A stretch of 64,000 nt of DNA from Synechococcus sp. (GTDB lineage: Bacteria > Cyanobacteriota > Cyanobacteriia > PCC-6307 > Cyanobiaceae), in contig JBJBCN010000003.1 of the NCBI GenBank assembly GCA_047285805.1, forward strand, positions 320,001 to 384,000. The letters run 5' to 3'. The stretch's first letter is position 1. Each line of letters begins with the position of its first letter. Of the stretch, positions 1 through 10,652 are shown one piece after another. The position numbers and the translations under genes are program-made. The notes beneath the pieces were generated by a model. The model was not told where the DNA came from, made no database searches, and worked only from the letters and a program-made list of their open reading frames with translations.

Positions 1-1047
1 AAGGGCTTGTTCGAGCATATGTGCCCAAGTCGGTAGTGTTCGGGCAGAAATAAAGACACCAGGACTTGTTTCAAGCATATGTGATACACCTACTTTGTCG
101 CTGATAATGACACCGCATCCACATGCAAGGGACTCAATGACTACATTGCCAAAGTTTTCATGTCGGCTGGGCAAAAGAAGCCAATCGGCGGCATTGTAGA
201 CCCACAAGAGTTGGTCAGCTGGTAGTGCCGGACGCCAGTGTGCACGATCGTCTAGACCATAGTGCAGGAAAGCTCGCCGAAGCCGACGAGCAGTTCCATC
301 TGAGTCATCGCCAACAAACAAGATTTGCCATGGTTTATGCTTTATCGAATTGAGTGCTTGTGGGAGTAGATCTAACCCCTTCTTGTGATGCAGTCTGCCA
401 GCAACAAGGAATAGTGTTTCGTCTAGAGGCAATCCGTTACTCCTCCGGAAGAGTTGACCAGCCTCTGTATCACACCATAATTGGGAAAGGTCTAGCGGGT
501 TTGGTAACAAAAACGGTTGTGGCTTTAAAGGGAGCCACCCAAGTTCGTCAACTTCCTGCCTGGTAGTACAGTGCAAAGCCGCGGCGAGTTGAAGTAGTGG
601 CCTCTCCTTGACCAGAAAATAAGGAGCTTTCTTCCACCAACCATGTCGCCATGAATAAGGACCTAATGCTCCGCGAAGTGTATGGATGACGGGCACTCCA
701 GCGGCATGAGCAGCCTTTTGAACTGGTAAGCCCAATGGCTGCCAAATGGCACTCAGGTGTAAAACTTCGGCCCAAGACATATGGTCAGGTAGAGCTTCGA
801 CTAGAGCCCTGGATCGGATTTGGCCCCTCTGCTGATCGACTTGGTAGTAAGTAACATCTACACCGTTGACAATCTGTGGAAGTCCTAATTGGTCAGTTGG
901 AAAATCAGGTAGCCCAGCGTTTGTGGTTATAACTCGGACCTCAACACCATGCTGCACGAGACCTTCGCAAAGACGAGAAACGCTGAGGATAGGGCCGCCA
1001 AATTGCCAGGCTGGGGCATATACAGGCAAGAAGTGAAGCACGCGCAT
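1..1047 (-). CDS. Glycosyltransferase family 4 (GT-B); 3' end runs off the window; absent from ORF track
   Basis: Hand translation from ATG 1047: MRVLHFLPVYAPAWQFGGPILSVSRLCEGL...; same frame near window start gives LLLPSRHENFGNVVIESLACGCGVIISDKVG (GT4 EX7E motif). Confidence 0.9.
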   Translation of the reverse strand, partial: MRVLHFLPVYAPAWQFGGPILSVSRLCEGLVQHGVEVRVITTNAGLPDFPTDQLGLPQIVNGVDVTYYQVDQQRGQIRSRALVEALPDHMSWAEVLHLSAIWQPLGLPVQKAAHAAGVPVIHTLRGALGPYSWRHGWWKKAPYFLVKERPLLQLAAALHCTTRQEVDELGWLPLKPQPFLLPNPLDLSQLWCDTEAGQLFRRSNGLPLDETLFLVAGRLHHKKGLDLLPQALNSIKHKPWQILFVGDDSDGTARRLRRAFLHYGLDDRAHWRPALPADQLLWVYNAADWLLLPSRHENFGNVVIESLACGCGVIISDKVGVSHMLETSPGVFISARTLPTWAHMLEQAL

Positions 1048-1060
1048 CAGTATTTGTTGT

Positions 1061-2482
1061 CTAGTCGCTTACAAAGAACAAAAGGTCGTCTCTGTATAAA
1101 ATGCCAATAAGCACAAATATTGCTATGAAGAATACGGTCAGAAAAGGCATTGAATGTCCGATTAGACTTTGAAGAAGCATTGTTGCAAATAATGCAATGG
1201 TTGACATCATCAAAACAAGGAACTGATGTGGATGCTGCAATTGCTTTAACACAGGCAGTCCGAATCCAAATATTGGGATTATTACATAAAGCAAACGTAC
1301 ACTCAAGTAGGCCAGAAGTCCAGCCGAAGGAATCCATATCCAACCCACAACAGCAGCCATTAAAGCTGATCCGTTTTGCCAAAGAACATAGGCGCGAGTG
1401 CGCCCCGCTGCAAGTAGTGGCTGAACTAGGAGTTGGGCAAGACATTCCAATAGGGCTGTCATTAGAAGAAGACGTGTTGGAAGCAATGCCGACTCAAAGT
1501 CGGCTCCAAATAGCCACACAATAATGCTTTGGTCGAAGGTACAATACAGCAACAGAACCTCTAACAATAAACACCAAATAGTCCGAAGAGGCCTCTCAAT
1601 CACCAAAACCTGGTTAGAGAAAGATGCCTCGGCACGCAATCTTAGAAATAAGACTGGAACTAAGGTGGCAGGAAGCAAAGCGAATAGCTGCTGAAGTATC
1701 TGGCCAACTCGCAGATAGCCAATTTGCGATAGACCGCTTGCGGAGGCGACCTTAAGGAGCAAAGGATAGAAAATCATTGAAGCCATCAAGTTAGCTGCGT
1801 AAAAAGGCAAACCACGACGCAATAAGGAGGAGATATTGGGCCACAAAAGAGGCCAAACCTGCAAAGGTCTCCACAGATGGCCTAAAGCCTTTTCCAGCCA
1901 AAAGCACTGTGCTACAGCAATGATGCTCCATCCAATCATTGCACCTGTTACACCACTGAGCAGAGCACCGGCGGCTGAAGATAAGAGACGTAGAGGGAAG
2001 AATAAGCCCTGACGTAGTGCTAATGAACTAGTGCGATGACTAACTAAGAGCAGCTCCCAGGCTGATGCACAAATGCCTTCGGAGGCAATCATCAGAACTA
2101 GCAAGATTGTCCAGACAAGGCGCTGACGTGATGGCATTGCTACCGGGAACAGACCCTGGCCCCACAAGATCCAAACCGCAATCCCAATACAAAACAGAAA
2201 CGTGGACAGGCTACAGAGCTGAGCTAAAGCGCGGGCAAGATAAGCACCACGTTTGCTTTGCATTGCCTCGGGGTCGCCTCCAAGTTCATAATTAATGGCA
2301 TAGTCACCGCCACATCGCACAAGAGTGTCGCCGGTTTGGACGGTAGTCGAAATCAGATTAAAGAGGCCTAAATCAGCAGGACCCAACCACCGGCTCAGCA
2401 GGAGATTGCTGACAAACCCAAACAGTCGTCCAATGCTCGCTCCACTTGCAAGATGAAGCCAACCGCGACGCATCAGTGTCAT
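1061..2482 (-). CDS. wzx: Wzx-type oligosaccharide flippase (MOP family)
   Basis: 473 aa, many hydrophobic helices, N-terminal LLSRWLGPADLGLF motif typical of PST flippases, polysaccharide cluster context. Confidence 0.75.
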   Translation of the reverse strand: MTLMRRGWLHLASGASIGRLFGFVSNLLLSRWLGPADLGLFNLISTTVQTGDTLVRCGGDYAINYELGGDPEAMQSKRGAYLARALAQLCSLSTFLFCIGIAVWILWGQGLFPVAMPSRQRLVWTILLVLMIASEGICASAWELLLVSHRTSSLALRQGLFFPLRLLSSAAGALLSGVTGAMIGWSIIAVAQCFWLEKALGHLWRPLQVWPLLWPNISSLLRRGLPFYAANLMASMIFYPLLLKVASASGLSQIGYLRVGQILQQLFALLPATLVPVLFLRLRAEASFSNQVLVIERPLRTIWCLLLEVLLLYCTFDQSIIVWLFGADFESALLPTRLLLMTALLECLAQLLVQPLLAAGRTRAYVLWQNGSALMAAVVGWIWIPSAGLLAYLSVRLLYVIIPIFGFGLPVLKQLQHPHQFLVLMMSTIALFATMLLQSLIGHSMPFLTVFFIAIFVLIGILYRDDLLFFVSD

Positions 2483-3474
2483 TTAGCTAAGACGGCATCT
2501 AGGAGCCTTTGTGCTGCAGCAATGGTCGTAAATTGACGTACCCAATCACCCGAGGCTTGAAGCAAGCGTTTGTACTCGACAGGGTTGGCATCCAACGCAT
2601 CAATTTGGGTTTCGAGGTCATGCCAGTTTTGATAGCTCAAACAATTGACGCCAGCCTGCAAACCATGGGGTGCACAAGCAGCTGGTTTAGTCTCAATCCG
2701 ACGGATGCAAGGCACTGCACCTGCAGCCGAGATCTCGTAGTGCCTAAGGCAGTCCCAGCCACCGCGCTTTGTCGTCACAGCAAAGCGAGAGGCACCAATG
2801 TCATCATAATAATCTTGCTCTGAAGCAAAAGCATAGGAAGTGTGCAGGCCGACGGCACTTGCCACTTCATTGTCCACACAATGACTAGCTAGGCGTTGAG
2901 TCTTGCGTAAGGGATCACTAGAGCGTATCTTCTCCGCTGGAATTGAAAAGCTAGCAGGAAACAGGTGACAAGGCCCGGGAGAGACTTGTGAAATCTGTAA
3001 CTCCCGCTTAAAATAGAAACATAATCCAGATTGTATGGGAAAGGGTTGCCAACCATAGCGCCGAAGCCTTGTTCCGCTACGGTGAAATAGACGCGTGTCG
3101 TCATCACCATCAAGCAGAACCACCGGAACCGTCTGAAGTAAGGGAGCAAGGTCCAGGAGTTGTCCCCATTGGCGCCAGATTTGGCCAAGGACAACAAGGT
3201 CGAAGAACCTTGTCTCTAGTCTTTGGATAACAAATGATCGGTCGACGGAGCGATTATCCAGATTTCTGTATAATGTAAAGCCATTTCCACGCACTCCAAA
3301 GCCATCGTGAGTAAGAGGAGAATCCGTGGGTCTATAAAGGATAGATTTACGTGGGTAGTCAACGACTTCGTGCCCCAACGATATTAATCCATGCAGAATC
3401 GAATCAGCAAGATAGTCTTCGCGTGATTCTGTAAGGAAAAGAATTCTCAATACAGTTGTGGATGAAGCGTCCAT
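2479..3474 (-). CDS. Putative GT-B glycosyltransferase (Glyco_trans_1_2 / exostosin-like C-terminus)
   Basis: C-terminal YYDDIGASRFAVTTKRGGWDCLRHYEISAAGAVP; 4-bp overlap with wzx. Confidence 0.6.
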   Translation of the reverse strand: MDASSTTVLRILFLTESREDYLADSILHGLISLGHEVVDYPRKSILYRPTDSPLTHDGFGVRGNGFTLYRNLDNRSVDRSFVIQRLETRFFDLVVLGQIWRQWGQLLDLAPLLQTVPVVLLDGDDDTRLFHRSGTRLRRYGWQPFPIQSGLCFYFKRELQISQVSPGPCHLFPASFSIPAEKIRSSDPLRKTQRLASHCVDNEVASAVGLHTSYAFASEQDYYDDIGASRFAVTTKRGGWDCLRHYEISAAGAVPCIRRIETKPAACAPHGLQAGVNCLSYQNWHDLETQIDALDANPVEYKRLLQASGDWVRQFTTIAAAQRLLDAVLAK

Positions 3475-4445
3475 TAGAGGGGTGGCAGCAAGGGCATGTC
3501 AGTTCCTCGTAATCGGAGGCGAGTTGGGACAGAGCATAAAAGGGCAATAGCGGTTCTCCGGAGACCTATGCTGCGATGAATTAAGAGAAGCTGTCTAAGT
3601 GTCTGGCGAAGCCCAACACTGCGACATCTTTTAAGAGTGTTCCAGAGCTGAAGTTGGCCATGATGAGAAGCCCACCGAAAGCGATCAGGACATTCTTCAA
3701 GTAGAGGATGGTGAAGAAGATCTCTAAGCAGGTCAAGCGTTTCTAAAAGCTCACGATGTGTTTTTTGATTACTTACGGAAAGCTGGCCATCATGAACACG
3801 AACCCTAGCAATTGCATCACGCCTAATCAACACAGATGTATGAGTACTCGCTCGTATTAGCCATTCCCAATCAGCTGATTGCGTCCATTCGGAGCGCCAC
3901 CTACCAGCATCAGCATAAAGAGAATGGTGAATCAAGAGTCCTGTGATATTGCCGTTGATACTTCCAAAGCGCAATAGCGGTTTGAGAAGTTCACCAGGAG
4001 AAAAGAGATGTGTTTTCGGGGCAAAGCAATCATAGAAACTGCCGTTCACGTCATATCTAGTCTGACCATTAAGGTCAATTGATTCATAAGAGGACAAGAT
4101 CAACCTCGCGTCAGGATTGTCGCGAATGGAACGCGTGAGCTTACTAATTGCATCAGGCTTAAGCTCATCATCGCTGCAGAGTATGAGCTGCCATGGTGTT
4201 CTGACTTCAGTATTCGCAAGATTAAGATTAGCAAAGAGACCTATATTCCTCTCACGTCTTACATGCGAGACGCGTGGGTCAGAAAGCTGTTCTGAGATAA
4301 GTTTTGCAGTCTGGGCGTCAGAGCAATCATCTGCGATATGAAGGCGCCACTCAGGATCGCTTTGCGAATAAACACTAGAAAGAGCAAGCTTCAGGAGCTC
4401 GGAGCGGCCATATACAGGGAGTATAATCGTAATTAGACAGCTCAT
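3474..4445 (-). CDS. Glycosyltransferase family 2
   Basis: ITIILPVYGR, IADDCSD, ILCSDD (DxD-like), SADWEW motifs. Confidence 0.9.
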   Translation of the reverse strand: MSCLITIILPVYGRSELLKLALSSVYSQSDPEWRLHIADDCSDAQTAKLISEQLSDPRVSHVRRERNIGLFANLNLANTEVRTPWQLILCSDDELKPDAISKLTRSIRDNPDARLILSSYESIDLNGQTRYDVNGSFYDCFAPKTHLFSPGELLKPLLRFGSINGNITGLLIHHSLYADAGRWRSEWTQSADWEWLIRASTHTSVLIRRDAIARVRVHDGQLSVSNQKTHRELLETLDLLRDLLHHPLLEECPDRFRWASHHGQLQLWNTLKRCRSVGLRQTLRQLLLIHRSIGLRRTAIALLCSVPTRLRLRGTDMPLLPPL

Positions 4446-5581
4446 ATCAGTTCCATTAAGTATAATAGGGAGACAAGTTGATCAGGATCAATAATGAAGT
4501 TGTTGGAGTTTGCATCAAAGTCGGTGCCAAGGAGATGGCCATGCTGGAGTTCAAGCTGATCAGCCATAGCGTAGTAATGGGAAAAGTTTCCAGGCCGAGG
4601 AAGAAGCTCAATGATGGCAGCGGACGGAGCACACGCAATCATGTTGGTGAAACCAGCACCATGTGGGCCCACAACAACTGAGCTTTCGGAAAAAAGGCGC
4701 AGCTGTTCTTCGACAGGGAGCGACTCAAGACAGTACGATTGAAAACCGTATGGAACTAATGCTGATATCAGTTGTTCTTCATTGAGACAGCGCCTTGTAT
4801 TCGCGTTGTTTCTCGATAAATAGATACGCCGCCAAGGGCGATAGACGGATTGGAATTGTGACTTACATAGGCTCCTCAGCCACCTAAGTTGTGCAGGGCT
4901 AACAAAAACATCAGTATCATGCTCTTGCAATGCAAATAGGCATGCTGTTGATGATCCAATAGCAAGTGAATTCAACCTTAGAGCCTGCGGAGCAATGAAT
5001 GAAAGAAGCGGCTCTACGAAGCGTGGGAGTAGGTGCCTTGGTCTGTGACTAAGGGCAATTATTGGATGTTGATCTCTGGTCAGATTAAAATAACTCTGTA
5101 GAAAGAGTGGTGCAAGGCCTGGTTGAGTAAGCCAATGAAAGTAGTTTGGGTTGTTATGAGTCGAAAGGAGAATCAACGGTTCAGATCGAAATTCAATATT
5201 GCGCTGTCGGTGCCACCAGCCTGGAGGTTGAGTTCCTGACTTAGAAAAGAAGCAAGATCTCGATTTCAAGTTTGATGGGTTTGATTCGTAGATGCAGTGT
5301 TTGTTCCAACGCAAGAGACCCGAGCTCAACGAAAATGCCTGCGAAGAGTCCGTCGCCTCATACAGCCATTGTCTACCTGATATCAAAATACTGGGAGTCA
5401 AGCTGGCAAGAGGAGCTGTGAGGGAAGTCGAAGCGCGTCGTGGATGAAACGACTCATCCAATTTCCAATAAGAGACGCCGGGCAATGCAGACAAAGCCAG
5501 AGCCTGCGGAGATCCCGGAAAGATAGGAAGAGGAATAATCAAGATGAACCAAAAGATTTGCGTGTTAGGCGTGATCGGCAC
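4442..5581 (-). CDS. Glycosyltransferase family 61 (DUF563); start uncertain
   Basis: NYFHW, RIYLSR..RRCLNEE, EQLRLF, VVGPHGAGFTNM motifs. Confidence 0.85.
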   Translation of the reverse strand: MPITPNTQIFWFILIIPLPIFPGSPQALALSALPGVSYWKLDESFHPRRASTSLTAPLASLTPSILISGRQWLYEATDSSQAFSLSSGLLRWNKHCIYESNPSNLKSRSCFFSKSGTQPPGWWHRQRNIEFRSEPLILLSTHNNPNYFHWLTQPGLAPLFLQSYFNLTRDQHPIIALSHRPRHLLPRFVEPLLSFIAPQALRLNSLAIGSSTACLFALQEHDTDVFVSPAQLRWLRSLCKSQFQSVYRPWRRIYLSRNNANTRRCLNEEQLISALVPYGFQSYCLESLPVEEQLRLFSESSVVVGPHGAGFTNMIACAPSAAIIELLPRPGNFSHYYAMADQLELQHGHLLGTDFDANSNNFIIDPDQLVSLLYLMELI

Positions 5582-7035
5582 AAAATAGTGGATAAGAGAA
5601 TGAGTTCAACCCAAGCCTTTGGAAAATCCCAAAACAGATACCAAGTCACTGTTAGAATAGTGTTATTAATCCACGTACAGATAAGGGTGACGACCAAAGA
5701 CTGGGCGAGCAAGCCATAGAGCGTATATTTGCTTAGCATCCAGGAAAAGAATGATTGAAGACTAGCTAACAAAACACCTAGAAACGCAGGAACAAATACA
5801 AGTCCTGGCCAACCCCAGCGCCAAAAAGAATCCGCAAACAAACTAATTGTTGCGTATGAAATTTCGCCAGGCTTGAGGTCTAGTTTATTCGACAACTCCT
5901 CCGACAGCTCTTGACCATCGAACAAGCTTGGGGAATCTGGATAAAAGGTTGAGGGAATTAACCCTAAAGGCAGTTTTGAAAAACCCTCAGACTTTCTAAG
6001 GCGAAGTGCACGATTCGAACAGTTTTCATAAAGGCCAACAACGTGCCATCGAGCTAGCGACCCCTCAGGAAAGTTTTTGACACCTTTTTGATGGATTAGT
6101 GCCGCTTGTGAATCATCTGCCAACACTCTTTTTAGGTCTTCACTACAATTATGTGGGCTTAGCATTAGGTAGAATTCATGGCTGGTTCCCATCAGTTGCT
6201 TGCCAATCTGAAAGGTTTGAAAGGATCGTTTTAGTTCTGGTATTGATTGATTGCCTTCTCGATGGACTCGTAAATACTCAGCGACTGGAAGGAAAAGAAG
6301 CGATCCCACGAACAAGGTGAGTAGTAGTGCTTTAATAGAAATCTTTTGCCAGCAAAGAGCACCAATAATGAGATAGACAGGAAGACTAAGAATAAGACCG
6401 CGACTTCCACTGGAAATAGCGATTACTTGCCATAAAGTAAGTAGTATGGCGACAAGAAAACGATTCAGAAAAGACCATTGCTTCCACGCAAAAGGGATCA
6501 GAAAGAATCCGACAGGTGCCAGCCGAGATATAATTGAAGAGCCAATGATGATTTTCGCAAGTAATGAGCTTTCAAGTGCTTGAGATTGTAGCTCTGGAGA
6601 TCGAACAAAGAGTCCGAGGAAGCTCATTGTAAGAAGAGCAACAGAACCGATACCTGTAAGGAGATACGAGAGATTTGAGAGAACTTTTTTATGTGGCCAA
6701 GCAAACTCGGCGAACGACTTTTTAGGCAGATTCACTTGACGAGGCACGATAAAAATTAGGCTAACTACATAAGCGATAGAAAAAGAAAGAATTCCAAGAG
6801 AGAAACAGACCAACAAGGCGTCTAGTGCACCAATGGTGGATAGAGATGCATATCCAAATAATGAGCTCGGGTCAGAACGCCATAACGCCAGCCCAAGTCC
6901 ATAAGTGACTCCATACATCAAAACAACGACAAGTCCTAATGACGGAATCAAACGCCTTAAGAAGGGAAGGTCCGCATAGACAATCAGCAAGACTGAAGAA
7001 ATATAGATTATAGATGTGACAATGATGGTTGTCAT
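5539..7035 (-). CDS. Polytopic membrane protein, probable O-antigen polymerase (Wzy-like)
   Basis: ~10 TM helices, SGSRG motif, large loop, ADSFWRWGWPG segment; in cluster with wzx. Confidence 0.55.
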   Translation of the reverse strand: MTTIIVTSIIYISSVLLIVYADLPFLRRLIPSLGLVVVLMYGVTYGLGLALWRSDPSSLFGYASLSTIGALDALLVCFSLGILSFSIAYVVSLIFIVPRQVNLPKKSFAEFAWPHKKVLSNLSYLLTGIGSVALLTMSFLGLFVRSPELQSQALESSLLAKIIIGSSIISRLAPVGFFLIPFAWKQWSFLNRFLVAILLTLWQVIAISSGSRGLILSLPVYLIIGALCWQKISIKALLLTLFVGSLLFLPVAEYLRVHREGNQSIPELKRSFQTFQIGKQLMGTSHEFYLMLSPHNCSEDLKRVLADDSQAALIHQKGVKNFPEGSLARWHVVGLYENCSNRALRLRKSEGFSKLPLGLIPSTFYPDSPSLFDGQELSEELSNKLDLKPGEISYATISLFADSFWRWGWPGLVFVPAFLGVLLASLQSFFSWMLSKYTLYGLLAQSLVVTLICTWINNTILTVTWYLFWDFPKAWVELILLSTILCRSRLTRKSFGSS

Positions 7036-7071
7036 CGCAGAATAGCAAATGCTCAGATGTAGAGAAGAGGC

Positions 7072-8679
7072 CTAGTCATCACAAAGATAGAGCCTGGACA
7101 GTATTATGGGTTTTACAAAAAGAAGTGACCTCTGAACTTCTGCATCAAACCTACAAGGCCTAGACTCGTGGCTAGCAAACGAAGAAACGTCTCTGAGCTG
7201 AAAAAGTGGAGAAGGAAGCGATTCATCGGCGAGTGCCATTCCGTCTAACTGTCTAAATCCAATCCAGAAGGGTGATATCCACAGACCACGCTTAAGTGCC
7301 GGTGAGGGATCTAGGCTTCCGTAGATTTGAGAGTTTCTGATTAGTTCTTTAGAAGAAACCGCCCAATAATCGAGTGAAGTGGTGGTATGATTGTGGCTAA
7401 AGCGTGAGACTTCGTTGATATAGGATGACTGATAGGGATTAAGACTCAGGGAGTCAACGAGAAGTATTAAGGCAGAACATGTGACAATGAAAAAGAGTGT
7501 TCGCTTAATTAGACTATAAAGTGACGAATCCAATAGAGTTTGAAGCCCCCCAGCGGCAACCACTGCTAAAGCAGGGTATATAAATAGTAGATGTCGATCT
7601 GCGTCATAAAGATTTGACTGCCTGAGGACGGCCATCAATGGAATGAATGTAGCCTGGGCAATAACGAGTGTCCAAGGAGTGCTTAAAGAAGATGCGATAT
7701 TCTTGCTGTTACGTATCCAATAGAGGATCTGAATGCAAAGCAGAATTAGCCATAAGAGTGGAAGCTTAATTGATAACCAATCCCAGATGTAGCGGAGAGT
7801 CGACCAATCAGGATGATTAACACCAATGCACGAACCTGCATACGACATGCAGCCCCCCCATTCATGTTTAGCGAACGTCAAGAAAGCCTCACTTAAGTAG
7901 GTAACAGGATTAAGGCCCCAAGATGCTGGCTGTAGGAGCAGGGCAAGTAAAAGTGAGATTAAAGGCAAAGAAAACGTCTGCCTGAAGTTTCTTGAGCCGG
8001 TACGCTTGATAGATAAGAGCAGTAACTCAGACGCAATTACAGGTGCGATTGCGACGAATTTTTGGTTGATTAGTAACCCAGCCGAGAGAACCGAAATGAG
8101 AAACCACGAGGACTGGGAGGAGTCCAGGCGCCTTACAAGAGTGTATGTATAAACGGTGTAAAAGACAGCAAATGGGATATCTTTTGGATTAACAAATGAA
8201 TGTCCTATCAGAGATGGATGCAATAGGACAAGACAACCCGCAATCCAAGCAAGTCTCAGTCCTAAGAACTGAGATAACTTGACCACCAGCCAACTAAGAA
8301 ATAAAAACTCGCAAGCGAGTACAAGGTGTGAGGTTGAAAAGAATCCAGTTAGTTGATGTTCAGCGGAAGGATCAAACAGAGCCTTAGAGAGCGGTAACCT
8401 TCCGATCAGGACACCCTGTTGCACAAACCATAGGAACCAAGCAGGAAAAAGACTTGCTACTCCGTAGTATTCAAGATTAGAGTGAATATCTTGGTAATTC
8501 GGTTTTTGGCCACGTAATACTTCGACAGCATGAGCAAGCTGCGTTCTGATCCCTAAATAATCTGTCTCTTCATCCCAAGACGTAATTCCTGAGAAAATTG
8601 CCGCAAGTGCAAGCACGGCATAAATACCGATGACAACGAGGTAGAGCTTTTTGTCCCAGGCTTGACCTCTACAGCTCAT
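7072..8679 (-). CDS. GT-C fold membrane glycosyltransferase (PMT/ArnT-like)
   Basis: GITSWDEETD after first TM, GHSFVNPKDIPFA, LYDADRH, DYW motifs; many TMs and soluble C-terminal domain. Confidence 0.75.
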   Translation of the reverse strand: MSCRGQAWDKKLYLVVIGIYAVLALAAIFSGITSWDEETDYLGIRTQLAHAVEVLRGQKPNYQDIHSNLEYYGVASLFPAWFLWFVQQGVLIGRLPLSKALFDPSAEHQLTGFFSTSHLVLACEFLFLSWLVVKLSQFLGLRLAWIAGCLVLLHPSLIGHSFVNPKDIPFAVFYTVYTYTLVRRLDSSQSSWFLISVLSAGLLINQKFVAIAPVIASELLLLSIKRTGSRNFRQTFSLPLISLLLALLLQPASWGLNPVTYLSEAFLTFAKHEWGGCMSYAGSCIGVNHPDWSTLRYIWDWLSIKLPLLWLILLCIQILYWIRNSKNIASSLSTPWTLVIAQATFIPLMAVLRQSNLYDADRHLLFIYPALAVVAAGGLQTLLDSSLYSLIKRTLFFIVTCSALILLVDSLSLNPYQSSYINEVSRFSHNHTTTSLDYWAVSSKELIRNSQIYGSLDPSPALKRGLWISPFWIGFRQLDGMALADESLPSPLFQLRDVSSFASHESRPCRFDAEVQRSLLFVKPIILSRLYLCDD

Positions 8680-8685
8680 GATTAT

Positions 8686-9636
8686 TTAGGGCTCAGAGGT
8701 TAGTCGCTCGGAAAAGTCAGCAATTGTGCGATCCAGTCCCTGATCTAAAGCAACCGTGGGCTCCCAGCCAAGATGCTGCTGAGCCAAGGTGATCACGGGC
8801 TGACGCTGCATGGGGTCATCCTGAGGAAGAGGCTTACAGATCAACTCTAGGGAAGGGTTGATCTTTGCCCGAACCAGTTCGGCCAATTGACGGATGGTGA
8901 ATTCACCAGGGTTGCCGATATTGATGGGTCCCGTTTCGGAGCCATTCATCAAACGGATGATGCCCTCGACCAAATCGTCGACGTAGCAGAAGGAACGTGT
9001 CTGGGATCCATCGCCAAAAAGAGTCAAGGGTTCACCCCGTAGAGCCTGAACGATGAAATTGCTCACAACCCTGCCGTCATCTGGAAGCATGCGTGGGCCG
9101 TAGGTGTTGAAGATTCGCACTACGCGGATCTCCGTGCCGTGCATCCGCTGATAGTCAAAGCAAAGGGTCTCAGCAATCCGCTTGCCCTCGTCGTAGCAGC
9201 TACGAATACCAATGGTGTTCACGCAGCCTCGATAGCTCTCCGGCTGTGGGTGAACATCCGGATCGCCATAGACCTCGGAAGTACTTGCCAAGAGCAGGCG
9301 TGCACCAACCCTCCTGGCTAAACCAAGCATGTTGTAAGTGCCCAGGAAACTGGTCTTGGCAGTTTTGATCGGATTGTGCTGGTAGTGGACCGGCGACGCC
9401 GGACAGGCGAGGTGCCATATACGGTCCACCTCCAAAGTGATCGGCTCGGTGACATCGTGACGAATTAACTCGAAACGCGGATGCCCAAACCAACGCTCAA
9501 CATTCTGCTTTCGGCCCGTGAAGTAGTTATCCAGACATATCACTTCCTCCCCGGCTTCCATCAAACGGTCGACGAGGTGGGAACCCACAAACCCCGCTCC
9601 ACCGGTAACCAAATTGCGCGTGATCGAATTAGGCAT
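8686..9636 (-). CDS. uxs: UDP-glucuronate decarboxylase (UDP-xylose synthase)
   Basis: [36 protein letters not shown] motifs. Confidence 0.92.
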   Translation of the reverse strand: MPNSITRNLVTGGAGFVGSHLVDRLMEAGEEVICLDNYFTGRKQNVERWFGHPRFELIRHDVTEPITLEVDRIWHLACPASPVHYQHNPIKTAKTSFLGTYNMLGLARRVGARLLLASTSEVYGDPDVHPQPESYRGCVNTIGIRSCYDEGKRIAETLCFDYQRMHGTEIRVVRIFNTYGPRMLPDDGRVVSNFIVQALRGEPLTLFGDGSQTRSFCYVDDLVEGIIRLMNGSETGPINIGNPGEFTIRQLAELVRAKINPSLELICKPLPQDDPMQRQPVITLAQQHLGWEPTVALDQGLDRTIADFSERLTSEP

Positions 9637-9653
9637 GGAAGCAGCGGAGAGGA

Positions 9654-10652
9654 TTAAAGGCGAACGAGCTGTTGATTGAGCTGCTCACGAAAAAGAGCCA
9701 CAGTGCTCACAAGCCCTTCGTCCAAAGGGATTCGGGCAGTCCAGCCCAAAGAGGCTAGGCGGCTGACATCAAGTTGTTTCTTAGGCGTTCCATCCGGCTT
9801 CGACGAATCCCAGACAGTCTGACCAGCGAAGCCGGTGGCACGAGCTACGGCCTCCGCCAACTGACGGATCGTGAGATCTACGCCAGTACCGACATTGAGG
9901 AAAGTCAGAGGCTGACCCGCATCATCCAACGGAGCGGATGCCGCGGACGGGTCCCAGTTCTCCAAAGCAAAGACGCAAGCCTCACCAAGATCATCGACGT
10001 GCAAGAACTCCCTCAAGGGAGACCCAGTCCCCCAACAGGTCACCGTGGCATCACCGTGATCTGCTGCCTCGTGAAAACGGCGGATTAAGGCCGGCAGCAC
10101 ATGACTATTGGTTGGGTGGTAGTTGTCGCCCGGGCCATAGAGATTGGTGGGCATCAGGCTGATGGCATCAAAGCCATGCTGTTGCCTGAGAGCCTGACAC
10201 AACTTGATGCCAGCGATCTTGGCGATCGCGTACCACTCGTTCGTGGGCTCCAGACCACCGGTAAGCAAGGCCTCCTCACGGATAGGCTGCTGCGCAAACT
10301 TGGGGTAAATGCAGCTGCTGCCCAGAAACAGAAACCGCCGAACGCCGGCCTGGCAGGCTGCCTCGATGACGTGGTTCTGAATTTTTAGGTTTGACAGCAG
10401 GAAATCGGCTGGATAACTGCTGTTGGCCTGAATACCACCGACCTTCGCTGCCGCCAGCACGACAACATCAGGACGTTCAGCCTGGAACCAGACCTTCACA
10501 GCCGACGGATCTTCGAGGTCGAGCTCTGAACGCTCCAACATGAGCTGCTCGACGTAACCAGAGCGCTGCAACGCCCGAGAGATAGCGCCGCCGGCCATAC
10601 CGCGATGACCCGCAATGAAGATCCGGTCCTTGCTGGAAATCAACTTGCCCAT
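9654..10652 (-). CDS. fcl: GDP-L-fucose synthase
   Basis: [50 protein letters not shown]; adjacent to gmd. Confidence 0.95.
   Translation of the reverse strand: MGKLISSKDRIFIAGHRGMAGGAISRALQRSGYVEQLMLERSELDLEDPSAVKVWFQAERPDVVVLAAAKVGGIQANSSYPADFLLSNLKIQNHVIEAACQAGVRRFLFLGSSCIYPKFAQQPIREEALLTGGLEPTNEWYAIAKIAGIKLCQALRQQHGFDAISLMPTNLYGPGDNYHPTNSHVLPALIRRFHEAADHGDATVTCWGTGSPLREFLHVDDLGEACVFALENWDPSAASAPLDDAGQPLTFLNVGTGVDLTIRQLAEAVARATGFAGQTVWDSSKPDGTPKKQLDVSRLASLGWTARIPLDEGLVSTVALFREQLNQQLVRL

Noticed and set aside
14..83. AGCATATGTG repeated 60 nt apart
   Set aside because: Only two 10-bp copies inside a GT4 coding sequence (both encode HML); not an array.
354..775. Short ORFs 354-566 and 548-775
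   Set aside because: Both lie within the partial GT4 gene at 1-1047.
10222..10229. HIP1 octamer GCGATCGC
   Set aside because: Only a couple of copies noticed (another near 42453); no evident enrichment, not counted exhaustively.
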